Positions 1 through 12,919 of a stretch of 64,000 nucleotides of DNA are shown piece by piece; within the stretch, counting starts at the first letter, position 1, and every line of letters begins with the position of its first letter. Made by a program: the position numbers and the translations under genes. Source of the DNA: Chara braunii (taxonomy: Eukaryota; Plantae; Charophyceae); NCBI GenBank assembly GCA_003427395.1, contig BFEA01000019.1, positions 23,983-87,982 on the forward strand, given 5' to 3'. Under the pieces are notes generated by a model. It ran no database searches and was not told where the DNA came from. It saw nothing but the letters and a program-made list of their open reading frames with translations.

Positions 1-204
1 GGAGAATTCCTAATGTTAACACGAGTCAATATAACATGAGAATCAGGGACAAGAATCAATTCGGAACAAATATGGAACAAAAATAATGTACTTCAATTCA
101 TTCAATTCAATATAGGCGAGAAGATTCTCAGCACACAATGCCACTACTGGCGGGCTTCTCGAATCTATGGAGTTACTGTTGCGTTCCCTTCGCTTTTCTT
201 CAAC

Positions 205-610
205 TTCACTCTTCTCCCCCCTCCTTCTCTCCTCTACCTCTAATTTAATGAGTCTTATACCGACTTTTTTTATATAATTGTTTGTCCAAAATAGCTAGTC
301 ACGCCTATGTTTTCCTCTTCTTCTGGAGTAGATCAACCCCCCCTTGCTGTCTTGCTGTCCCGCTGCCAGTCTCTTACTACAAACTAAGGCTTCTCTACTG
401 ACGGACGTCCCCCTCTTTTTTGTCCTCCTCAGCACTCTCTTAGCTCCTCATTGAACCTGTTGTATTGGGGTACTGTTGCATTCCCAGCATATTCTTTCAC
501 TTCATTTTTTTCTCCCCTCCTTCCCTCCTCTACCTCTAATCCAATGTGTCTTAATCCGTCCCTTTTTGGTATTTTCGTTGTTCAAAATAATTAGTCAGGT
601 CACTCTCTCC
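205..610 (+). repeat. Two diverged copies (~300 bp apart) in the LINE 5' region
   Basis: ctccttctctcctctacctctaatttaatgagtctta...tccaaaatagctagtc (~220-300) vs ctccttccctcctctacctctaatccaatgtgtctta...ttcaaaataattagtc (~517-596). Confidence 0.6.
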
Positions 611-815
611 TGCTCTCCTCCTTCCCCTCCCTCCTTCCCCTTTCCCCCCTCTGACCTTCAGCCACCTCCATTGCCTACAATAATACATCCTCCCCAGTGT
701 TACTCTCCGCTCAGGCCTATTCTCTATCCCCATCTGTTGTCCTTTCTACTGTCTAGTAACAGTTGGTTACGATAGGAGAGAATCGACCATTGGTCCAGAT
801 AAGATAAAGTCAAAA

Positions 816-3800
816 ATGAATATGGCTACACTACCATCCTTGACTTCCAAAAGAGTGGGTGGGAAAAACTCCCTCTTATTCTATCAGGGCGCTATGCGCC
901 ACGTAGCCATGAGGCAACTGGGATCATCACCATATAGCAGGTCGTTGCCCTCGTCAACTTCATCAACAAACTCGCAGGGCCAGATGAAAGTATCCTCAAT
1001 AACTGATACAGTGTCGAGTTCCAATGTTTGTTGGGCCCAACCTGACCTGTCGGAGTCCATGACGGTCAACCCTATGGACACGCACACAGAGGAAAGAGGG
1101 TCTAAGGAAACGGTACAGAGGAAGGATAATACACAGAACCAATCCATGCAGTCTGGGTCGTCAGCCTCACATTCCTATAAAAAAGGAAATTCTCCGGCAT
1201 TAGGGCTGATTGGGAATGGGAATGGAAGAAACGAGGATCAGGAAATGCTCACAGAAGAAGAAAGAATAGAACAGGGGCATCTCAAGAAGAAGCACAACTC
1301 AACAGAAAGAGAAGAGAAGATGGACATAGAAGATATTAGCAGCATGAAAGGAGCATCCTCCACACCCCCCTCCTCGCGTGGAGCATCCCCTACATCTTCC
1401 TCCTCTCCCTCATGGGCACAAAAACTCAGACAAACCATGAATGAAAGAACTCTAAATGTTTCGAGACCAGCGATCGGCCCACCGGGCACACCGACGGAGG
1501 ATCTGAAGATACCTTTGAGGAATCTCTCCTTGGCTATGGCATATTTCATGATTCTCTTCCTCATCGCTTCAGAACAAAAAGTGGTCGAACAAGGGGGGAG
1601 GAAGACTCTCATGAAATCCTATCCAGTAGAAAAGTTGTCACAAAGAGACGAAATTTACACAAGACATGCTAACAACTGGATATTTTANGGGGGGAGGAAG
1701 ACTCTCATGAAATCCTATCCAGTAGAAAAGTTGTCACAAAGAGACGAAATTTACACAAGACATGCTAACAACTGGATATTTTATGGTAATTCAGCTCACA
1801 GGTCCACCAATGATAAGATTAAATCGATATGTAAGAGATTACTAACGTTAAAAGGCAGTGAGGAGGCAGTCTCAGAGTTTTTTCTCATACAGCCGGTGTT
1901 ATCTACTGTGTTTACAATTCTCTGTCTATTTGAAGATGATAAAAAACAAATTGACGGATAGAGAAAACTTTTCGGGGAATCTGCACATGATAGCTCTCAA
2001 ATACGAATTTATCTGTGGCTTCCTAGAAAAACAACACCGGAAGAAAAAAGGGAACAACTGATGAGAGATCACTATTGGGTAGAGTTCCGTCACATTCCGA
2101 TTGAGGTTCAAGTGGCTTTCGTGCATGATTTTGGGCAACTCTTTAGGATCGTTGATTTCATCAACCCCTTGCCCACACATGTCGCGAAGCGTGATGATTA
2201 TTTGATGTTGGCTATAGATTTGCAGAAAGGCCAACCGTTTTCACTGGATGACATTGTTCCATACAAAATGGGAGGCAAAATTTATCAAATCCACACAGCT
2301 CATAAATTTCGCCCGTGGTGTTTCAAGTGCAGAGCATATGGTCACATCAGCACGGAGTTTGCATGCCCATTACACCCCCAACATACACACCCACCGGACA
2401 AAAAACTGAGAAAGGACCCCCAGAGACCCCACAGGTGGATTCCAACTGCGACAGGTTTTGAGGGGTGGGTATATAGCGATGCAGTGTCTCAAGCTGGGTT
2501 GCCAATTGGTTGGTATTGGGAAGGTAGAGGGGATCACCGTAAGGTTCCCAGACCTCCTTCGGAATGGATGCCTCCCTAGCAGCATCACTTCCATAATCAA
2601 CAGAGTCCGCTAAATCACCAAAATGGGCACCCTTCTCCTCAATCCAACCAACAGCACCAGCATAAAAGCCCTTCGAGCAGAACCACCTCTCATAATGAGC
2701 ATCTGAAAGGAATGCGAGAGTTGCAAAGGGGGCATGGTGCTCAGAATGGGACACAGAGGACACAGGAGTCACAAGACTCACAAGGGACAAGTTCCTCTAG
2801 CCAGGACAGGTTGGCACAACAAGTGATTCCCAAAGAGAATGGTCGCAGACCCTTGGGACCGTCATCTGCAGACTATCTCCCAAATCATCCGAAAAACAGT
2901 CAGGCTTTAGGTTCAGAATGGATGATCGTGAAGTCCAAAAAGTGGCCTTCGTCGCAGTCACAGGCACAACCACCACACACTGTCCACGTGGAACAAGGGT
3001 CACATTCATCAACTTTATTGTCACAGTCCCAGCAGATCACTCAGGTATTACAAGAATCACAAGTGGCTCAGCCACTTCAGTCACTTCAGTCACAACAGCC
3101 TCTGCAGATCAAACAACCAGTTAATACGCAACAAGAACAACATGATCAGCCAGAATCTCGAGGGTCAGTGCTGACAATGGTGACAGTAGATCATCCTTTA
3201 ATTGTGAGTGATAGGATGATGCCTGAATCTCAGATTCAATCTATCCATTCAGGGCTAATAGAGATAGTAAATCATTCACCAGAGACATCTGCGGAGATGG
3301 AGAGTGACAGGATACAGCCAGAAGGCCCAGAACATCACATTCAGTTTGTTCATCCCTCGAAAGGAGGCCAAGAAGGGAATTCCTTTTTTTTGACAGCAGA
3401 CATATCCCCAACGGATGTAGATCCGCTCAGAGATGCCTTCTCCACTGACTATATGGATTGCGAAGAGGCCCCGGTGAAAGCTATTCCTTTGACAACAATG
3501 GGGGAATTGGGGGGCGAACAGGACTCGATAGTTAAACTGCAGCAAGGGGTGTACAATGTTTCAGAGTGGGTATTAAGTAATTTCAAATTTAAATATCCTA
3601 ATGCGGCTGAAGAAATCTGGATCCCCATTAAGGATCAGATTAGATCTTGGTTATTTGGTAGTGACAGCCTAAAATTTGCCGTTCAGTTTGGACTCCCTTC
3701 GGATGATGACTGAGCAACAGCTAGCAACAGACTGCTTCATATCGCCTTTGGAAATATTCACTCCCTCTCGCTGGACTCCGCTATAATCCTTAACAACAGA

Positions 3801-5384
3801 GGGGAGACAGAGCACAAGGAAGATGAAAAGGAGAATAGGGACTCTCACCGAAAGATTGGATTAAGAAGACTGAAGGTACTGGCAAGGAAAAATGTCATGA
3901 CAAAAAAAGGAAATAAAAAACAGACTGCTAAAAGTGCACCCCAGCAAAGGAACGGACAATCTCAGACATCGAGGAAGTGTTGGGGGACTAGCAACAATTA
4001 CAGGCTGCACCACTTGGCAATCACTCCTTGCCAGACAAGAGAATTCAAAGCAAGGAGAAAGCGAATGTCTAAAATGAATAGGCTAAATCAGGGCAACTGG
4101 GGGAAAGGTAAAGCAAAGGTAATGTTGTCGAGCACCTTCAAGTCCCTTTTGCCGCAGGAATACTCCCAAAGTCTCACTCCAGCCCTCGAAGAGGTCTTAG
4201 GGACTGAGGCTGATACTGTTTCTCTTAATGAGTCGTTCCTCATCACTAAAGTGGACCACATCTATGAGAAACTGGTCACGTCCTTCACACCACAGGAGTC
4301 CAATCACTTTTCCACTGGTCTTTTCGATGATTCTACCTTCTCGCCCCTCACCAATGGAGAGGGTCAAAACTCTGATAAACATGGCATTCCCTTCACATCA
4401 CAAGAGTCCCGTCACTGTTCCAATTGGGCGATGGAGGTTATATCGACAGATGGATCAGATGCTTATAACAACACATCCTCCTTGTGTTGTAGCCAAGAAT
4501 CAAGTATCACAGGGGTTTCATCAGCCCTGTCCTCGTCCCCTGATGATGTGTTGAAGCCCCTAGGTAATGCAACCGGTGTGGACAAAAAGGTAAAGGAACT
4601 AGTATCAGAGATAACTGGGGAGATAAAGTTCTCTGTGATTGCAGATACCCAGAACAAGGAGCCAGGGGGGTTCTCATCACTCATTGTATGGGACAGTGAG
4701 GATGATCACCAAGCACTCTCCCCGCTTCATGAAGCACAATTGCATACGCAACATACTATTTATACACTCACTCCTCCCCCCTGTGAAATTGATCTCACAA
4801 AAGACATCAAAGACACACAGAAATCTAGTTTGTCTGTCTTGGCGGGTGGTACCAGCAAAAGAAATAAGCTCAGATCTAAACTAAAAGTTGATATGAATGC
4901 TATGTTCCTTTCTAAATCTGGAATAGTCATCTTATCTGTCAGGCTGAAGGAAGGGATATGGGAGGCAGGCTTGTCCTTGGTAGATGACTCTCAATATGGG
5001 GGGGTCACATTGCAAGGAACAATGTCATCATTTGTCTCTCTGTCTAACCTCACAGGAGGGAAAACTGGGGAGACAATGATTAAAATGAATGTTGTGAAAT
5101 ATATCAAAGAATCACTTTCACCAGGTGGTTGGGCCACACTTACTCTCGCATCAGAAGTCAGCAAGATCGTTGACAGGGATGTGTTCCTGCGCTACAAGGC
5201 TGGTGATTCCATCAACCTAAAATGGTTGCGTCTCGAATCTCTCATAGAGACTCAAGTGTTAAGAATCAAAGCCAGTCATTTCTGGTTGGATACAGATGTG
5301 ATCCTACTACTGTTAAGACTCCTCAAACAGGGGGTATTGACACAAGGGGGTGTATTAGATACCGGATCTTGGGAGAACTTGTAA
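816..5384 (+). pseudogene. LINE ORF1 (Gag-like, ~1,500 codons, three in-frame stops)
   Basis: ORFs 816-1961, 2061-2579, 2712-3713 and 3897-5384 share one frame and the gaps between them are stop-free. L1 ORF1-like segment IYLWLP...YWVEFRHIP and knuckle CFKCRAYGHISTEFAC. Confidence 0.8.
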
Positions 5385-5520
5385 ACATTCACTAGTAGTT
5401 CCTCCTCCACAAGAGATAGATATCAACTTTAAGGTGACTACTTTTGGTTTTTTACCATTGATAATGGGGGAAGTAAATATAGTGGATCTGGTTTATAATA
5501 AAGACAAAAATTGAAAACTC

Positions 5521-8500
5521 CTAAGGAGAAATGCAGATCTGGATTTTAGGTCACGAAATGTTAATGGCCTAGCTTCTGCCAAGAATTCCAAGAAACAGGC
5601 TATATATGAACAAATTAAGGGAGTGGATGGTAAAAATTGGCCTGATGTAATCTGCATACAAGAAACCCACCTCCAAAATACAAAGGCACACAACTATGTC
5701 CACAAAGAAATTTGGCCACACACGTCATATAGAGCACATGCTCCCAAACCAGGAAGTGTTGGGGTAACAATTTGGATACCTCCTGATACGAAGCTAGAAG
5801 TTATAAAGTGGGAGGCAGACCATCAGAGGGTAGATGGGTATACGTACTGGTTATGTTTGAACTAGAAATAGTCAGTATCCTAAATATATATGGGCCTAAT
5901 GATTTAGGAGAGCGAGAGACATTTTTTACCAGTGTTCTCTCTCATCTACCAGCAGGCATCCCTGCTATCATTGCAGGGGACTTTAATGCAGCTCCTGACA
6001 ATAACTTAGACAGATGGAACCTCCCCTCCCCCTGCCCAGCGTATGTGGAAGCGGATGAATTCATCATATCAAACCTTTGTCACTCAGCTAACCTGTTTGA
6101 TTCTTTTAGGAGACTAAATCCGAATACCAAAATGTTCAGCCGCTTCAAGAGAAACCAATCGAGGAAAAGTACTAAATCTAGAATAGATTTAATCTTGATT
6201 TCTGAGGAATTACAGGGGGCAGTACAATTTGTCAGCATACTCCCTAGAAGCCCCTTCCCAGGATTCGATCATGCCACATACATGGTAGTACTTACATTCA
6301 GCAGGAAACATGATCAAGGAAGAGGATTCTACAGGCTCAACACTTCAGTCACACACCTTAAATCAGACAGATTCAAACAGTTCCTCACTGATGTATGGGG
6401 GTTCTGGAAGGAACAAAAACCCATAATCAATGATGATGTTATATGGTTCAACAACGGCCTAGCTTTCCTAGGACGTAAATGCAAGGAATATTCCAGAGCT
6501 TTGGTTAAACAAAGGTATCAAAATGAAATGCAATTACACAAAAGAATTGAGGAACTTCAACAAACAGAGATTCAAACTGAGGACCCTGATTAGCTCGATC
6601 CAATAGCCAATGAAATTCAAAATTTAGAGGAACAACTATTGAGAAATATGAAATACCGATGACAGGGGATGAGAATTAGGGAAAAATTAAGAAGGAATCA
6701 GATGGAAGGGGCTATGGATGAAAGATTCTTTGCAATGGCAAGAGTCAATTCAGGCAGAACTACCATTGAGGCCTTATCTAACCCCTTTGACATTAATGAA
6801 CCTCTGGCTACTTCATCTGTTGCCTGTAATAAAATTGCTAGGGATTTCTTTAAGAATCTCTTCTCTTCAGAAACTAAAAATCTCCCTAGAAACCAGTTCA
6901 TGGATGAAATTGAAGATTTCCTACAACCCATGAGGCAATCCTTATCAGACATTCAGAAAGAGGAGATCGATAAGCCCCTCAGTAAAAAGGAAGTATGGAA
7001 AGCATTAATGTTAATGGAGGAAGAAAAAACTTCTGGGATTGATGGTTTTCCCAAAGAATTTTGGGAATCCATGTGGGAAACTATGTCCCAAGATCTAATG
7101 GACTTCTATCATGTTGTATGGAGCACAGGGAATATGGGGGAAATTGTTAGTCAAGGAGTTCTAACTCTTTTATACAAGAAAGGGGAAAAAACAAATATAC
7201 GAAACTATCGCCCCATCACCTTGCTAACAGTAGTATACAAACTGGTGGCTAAAGCACAGGAGGACTGACTGACTAAGGTAATAGCCGATATCATTCACTC
7301 AGCTCAAACAGGATTCATTTCAGGAAAAAATATACAGGATAATATCCTCTTGGTTAATGAACTCATCAAAATCGCACGCCAATCTAGGCACAATGCAACA
7401 TTTATATTTATAGACTTTGAAAAAGCGTATGATCATGTTGACTGGGTCTTTCTAGACAAATGTTTAGAAAAAATGAATTTTGGCCCTTGTTTCAGAAGAT
7501 GGGTAGGAATTATGCACATAAATGCAACGACCAGGACGATGGTCAATGGTAATTTGACCCCCCCAATTAATTTGGAAAGATCTGTCAGACAAGGGAATCC
7601 ACTTGCGCCATTCCTTTTTGTAATTATAATGGAGACCCTTACAGCAAATTTGAGACAAAATAAGGACATTAAAAGAATTCGTATAACTTCGATTCCTGAG
7701 GATGCAATCCCAATATGCTCGCTGTTTGCTGATGATCTCTCTCTCATGATGGAAGCATCTGAGGAAAATCTGAGAGTTCTCCAAAAACTAATGGACCAAT
7801 TCTGTAGATTGTCTGATATGAAGATAAATTGGGGAAATAAGACACTAGGTGTCTGGCCGCCAGAAGTTCCAAAGATTAAATGGTTGCCAAAAGAATCTTC
7901 AGTCAGGGTCCGAGCCATCAATTTATCAGCAGCAGGCAAACGTAACTCTAATAATGAAAGAATCTTATAGGCTGCTCTTGCTAAACTACAGAAATGGAAA
8001 AATAAACATACTTCTATTTTTGGACGCGTCCTAATCATTAACAATGTTATATTGGGTTCTATCTGGTACAAATCGGCCATATGGGCCCTAGATAAAGCCT
8101 CAATCAAAGTTTTCCATCAGAGTCTCAGATCTTTCCTATGGAGAGGGAATCATGACCTCAAAAATGTGATCAGTAGAGTTGCCTGGTCTTCAATTATTCA
8201 ACCAAAATCAAGAGAAGGGCTTGGTATCATAGATCCTACTCTCCAAGCTATGGTACTATCCATCCAATGGATCATTAGGCTCCTCTTTAGCCCACAGACC
8301 CCGTGGACTGTCCTAGCATGGGAACAAATTAAGAGATTGGCCCCTCCAACTAATGGCCTAAATTGAACCTTTGATGTGGTTGGAAAATCGAGATTGGGCT
8401 CTTCCAAGGAGTAAAAAAGTTGAAGGGGATGAAGACCCCTCTAACGACAGAGAAGAGGTTAGAAGAGATCTTAGCAGGGACCCATTCTGGATATCCCTAT

Positions 8501-10053
8501 CAAGGCTTGGAGAAAATTACCTTTACTAAATAAGATCTACCCCATGAGATGGGAGAAAGTTTGTCAGCAACCCTTGTTTAATAACACATGGATAAGGGAT
8601 AATCAAGGAGTCACGTTGCATTGCAATGACTCACCTTGGAAAGCGTGGATTAAGAAGGGAGTAATCAGAATCAAGGACATTTGGAACAAAGAATCCAAGG
8701 ATTGGGTTACACAGGAGGAAATTCAGGATACATTAAGATATTGTCACCATGTGGAATTAGCCCTGGAAAATATTATTGAGTTCATTCCCTTGGACTGGAT
8801 CCATATTCTCAGAAAAGGTCCTGATATTAAGTCAAATGATTGGGTGACCTTCATTGATAATAGTCATCTAATAGGCAATGTCTTGAAAGTTGAAGCAAAT
8901 GGAGATATTTAACTTCCCTTTTCAATCTTAAGGAAGATAATAGAGTAATTCCTCATCCACAAGATGAAATCAGATGGGTATCGTCAGATCAAATTTTCAG
9001 AATTAGAATATTACAAATAGGGAATGAATGCCTGGCATTCAGACCCAATACTCTCATCTCACACCTAGCAATGGACCCTGCATCTTGGAAGTGGGGATCG
9101 CAACTCAAGACAATAGGAATTACTTCAAATCACTCCACACCCTCTCAATCAAATCAACATACAGAATGCTAAGACCAAAAATCAACCTCAAGGATAAGGT
9201 ATCTAACAGATGGATGAGACATCTTAATTTAGATATAAATGATCTAAGACATATTAAGTGGTTTCGCAGCAAGAACTTTAAGCCAACTAAAATTGCATCT
9301 TTACAATGGCAGATTGAACACAGATGCCTTCCTACTAATGACTGGTTGATAGATAGAACGTCACAGGGTAGGAACAACCAGGCCCAACCCTGGTGCAAAC
9401 TTTGTAAAAATGCTTACCCAAGTAGAATGATCCCGGAAACAATTGAACATATATTTCTTCAATGCCCGGGATCAATTTGGCTCTGGAGATGGTGGGACAG
9501 GATCTGGAACAACTTAGAAACNACGTCTCANTGGCCATGGGGNTGGAAACCCCTTCTACTGGAAGTATGGAATGTTGTTCCCTTCGACGAATTTACCCAC
9601 AATCTGTTTATTCTCAGTAGGAGGGCAATCTTATGGGCCATTTGGAGGANAAGATGCATCTTTGAGTGGGAAGGAGCCAGGATGGANGNCCCTGAATTCA
9701 CCGAAACCATAAAAGAACACNTTCAGNCAGGCATCCTACACCAATGGGAACTCACGAAAGAAAAAATCCAGTTTATATCCAACAAAAANGAAATCTCCCA
9801 GCAAATACAACAGTTCAACTTGGTNTGGCTTGGTGNGAAACAGGGGGNAAGAATNGGGAAGGTGGTATNNAAAGGNGCNACAGNNGATGAGGATGGAGAC
9901 ATTAGCAGAAACTACAGGGTTGTGTTTGAGGATTGGTGTTCGATTGACTCCTCAATTCCCTTGAGACCCCTCTCANAATTNCCTGACCCGTTCCCACTCC
10001 CCCCCAGTGTGCTGGTTCCCACTTCTTGGTTNGGAATTGGCGANGATATGTGA
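5521..10053 (+). pseudogene. LINE ORF2: APE endonuclease, reverse transcriptase, zf-RVT-like domain; frameshifted
   Basis: SRNVNGL, IQETH, NIYGPN, GDFN, SRIDLIL, FDH (endonuclease); NYRPITLL, DFEKAYD, RQGNPLAPFLF, LFADDL (RT); WCKLC...ETIEHIFLQC. Confidence 0.95.
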
Positions 10054-10404
10054 ATAGGACAACTAACNCTATAGAATGAAGTACTTCTTGAGTTGGTTTG
10101 GCTGAGTTTTCACATCGGGTTTCATGCGAAGGACTGTCATCATTGTTACCAATGTCACTAGATCCTCATTAGTACCAGTGCTTAAAAATGCAATCTGGAG
10201 CCATTCTATTGAGGGTGAAGAGGTACAGGGGTTGCTGGGCCCGATTGCCAGCAAGTGCTTGTCTTTATATAACTCAAATTGTAACTCAAGGGACGCTGGA
10301 CCCGTTTTCCAGCAGGTGCAGCTCCCCACCAATAGACTGGAGCCCCTGGTGTGTCAGGTAGGAGTGTATGCTCTTATCAACACCCCTATCTGACAGTGTT
10401 GTGT

Positions 10405-11350
10405 GAGATTCCTGCCAGCATTGATTGCCCCGGTAACCAGGGGATTGACTAAGCAGGCAATTGGAGGAGGGGAGGGGAGGGGAGGGGGGGGACCTCTTCG
10501 CCCTGAACTCGACGCCAGATCCCTGCTGCAACACCCTAGTTCCTCCCTCCCCCTATAATGAGTACTTTGGAGACCAGCCAAATGACTGAGCAAGAAATGG
10601 AATATTTTGAAGGGATGATTTACTGAGCAAGTTGCTGACATGCCTAGCGTGGAAAATCAAATCCTCTATAACTACTTACTAGGAATTTACCTGACTCTGA
10701 GTTGCACCATTGATAGCCTCTTTCCTAGTCTTAGGAGGACTGGCCAGGTGGGGAGGGGGATGAGCGGGGCAGGGTCTGCATCCAGGGGGCGACTGGAGCA
10801 GGCAACCTGATACTCCTATCATACGCATTCACCATCCCAACTGGGCCCACTAAGACTGTGCTGTGCGGGTTCCACTGTATCTCGGCCATACCAACTTAGC
10901 TCAACTAAGGTGTTATTTGGTGGTGGGAACAAGTCGGGGAAATTTGCGGCGGGGGGGAGGGGTATGTCGCTGGGGATCTCAGACCATTTATGAAAAAACA
11001 AACGATAGTCATTTTGAGATGATTCCAGTCGATCATTTCCTTCCAAATGCCAACCGTCCCATTGTATCCATGCAATCCATCCTCCCCATTCCCCACCCAA
11101 CCAGTTCATGCACAATTCGTGAAGTTTCTGAACAATATCTGATCTTCTTGTGAGAGTCTTCATCCCTTGTACCGTTTTTTCCACTGGGCTTTGATTGCGG
11201 TTTCAATCATTTCCTTAATCATTTCCGTTACTTCCCCACTTTCGACACAGGCACCTTCAAGTGCTAGAATGCATTTGCGCCGCCATATAGCCCATAACAC
11301 TGCCGCCCTCCCAATCCTAAATAGATTGGTTGTGAAGGACGAGGTTTGGG
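10405..11350 (-). mobile_element. LINE 3' fragment, tail-to-tail with the first LINE
   Basis: ORF 10819-11184 matches the ORF2 C-terminus (FPDLFPPP...SWYG). The CAATCAATG internal-loop hairpin lies on the minus strand at ~10410-10460. Confidence 0.85.
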
Positions 11351-11569
11351 CCTAACACCCTGACCAAATCTGCCTCCGCCAGGAAATACTGCGCCCCCAT
11401 ACATATCTCCCAGCCCCAGCCCAGGTCATCTCCCCTCATCTGCGTCTACTCCCTAGAGGGCAATCACCTCCCACCTTGTGTTACCCCTGCGGAGTAGCGC
11501 TCCCTTCCTGACCGACCTACCTACCAAGAAGACCATAACCTATCTGGGCGAAGAGAATATAACCACCAA

Positions 11570-12810
11570 CTCAAAGATAACTACTAATTGATGAAAAAAT
11601 GAATAAGAAACTGTGATGATGATGATGATGATAAAGATTCAGATTGGTAAATGATGATGATGGTGATGGCAAGAAATAAGTAAGGAAGATTGACCGTAAT
11701 GGTACCGGTGTGGTAGATTGACAGCTCACTATTGCTGTAATGAAACTAGAAGACGGAGAAGTCTGAATGACGATGAAGAAGATGAGGAAGCGAAATGATG
11801 ATGATGAACTGTCAACAGTGATGGCGACCACCTGCAAAAAGAGATGTGGGTGACATATATGACGAACAACTTTGATATGCGAAGACAACCAGCGACAATA
11901 TTGATGATAAACCAATGCTTCTGACGAAAAAACCTGCACAGGAAAAAACAACAATAAAAGAACACAAGAATAAAGAAAAACTCCCTTGATGATGATCTCG
12001 CCGACGATCCTTGTGCTGTGATGATGCTCCAAGCTGGTCCAGTGGTCTCCACACTTTGGTTCCACAGGGCTTACTCCACTTTCTTCCACCGACGTCGACT
12101 TTCGCCAAGTCGCTCGAGCGCTCCAGCCTCTATAAGGGCATTGACTATGGAGTACTTCATGTGGAAAGCACAGGGGGAATGGACAAACAACAGCTTCCAC
12201 CAGTATTCTCCCTCTTCCACAATGCCTCAAGCCAGCCGCCACGTCAGCCTGTGACGTGGATTGGCCAAGTGCCTCTGGATGCCATGCGTGCGTTAAGCGC
12301 TATCGTCAGATTCTTTTATCCCCTCACAACGTCCTTATGCCAACGTGTCCCCACGCACTAGCTGTCAGCACCATGCCATGTGCATGAAGCCAGCACCGCT
12401 AGTCGCCAGCGCCTCGTTGCTTACCCGTAGCCAGCGCCTTCATCCGCGAGCAACCAATGCCTCTCTCCTCTCAAGGAGTCAACGCCTCGCCACCTTCGAA
12501 CCACCAGCGCCCCACTACCAGCGAACAACCAGCACCTCGCCATCGATGGCTGACCAGCGCCCCGCCAAGCGCATGCTGTGAGCGCCATACCTCCAGCACG
12601 CGCGTTGACGTCAGCATGCTCCTCCATTGCGCAAGCGCTAACGCGCGCCCTCCAAGCTTCACCTCAAATTTCTCAAAGCATAACTCGGTTGACTGCACAT
12701 CCCTGAACGATGATCACGAGTATGACTTGCTTGCAGTCTCCATCTCCCTTCGCTTCTCTGCTTCCCGTAGGGCAGCCCTTGCCTCTGCCTCCTCCCGACG
12801 ATCATGACCA
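11570..12810 (-). repeat. Low-complexity decayed coding-like sequence with (TCA)n/(TCT)n tracts, probably retroelement-derived
   Basis: Fragmented minus-strand ORFs with simple repeats; no recognisable domain. Confidence 0.3.
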
Positions 12811-12919
12811 AAGCTTAGTAGAAGAAGTCCTTGTTTTTGTTTTTGCAAAACATCAGGCAAGGTGCTCCTACTGCAGACAGGGATACTGAGTCATGTCTGT
12901 TTTAGGAGCACCCGAGAGT

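Larger units (their letters stand above)
190..10398 (+). mobile_element. Near full-length L1/Tx1-type non-LTR retrotransposon (LINE), decayed
   Basis: Pyrimidine-rich 5' region, ORF1 with CCHC knuckle, ORF2 with APE endonuclease, RT and C-terminal zinc finger, then the 3' tail motif shared with other LINEs here (10290-10395). 5' boundary approximate. Confidence 0.9.

Noticed and set aside
1593-1783. In-frame 32-aa tandem duplication in ORF1
   Set aside because: Identical copies joined at an N; likely scaffolding overlap artifact.
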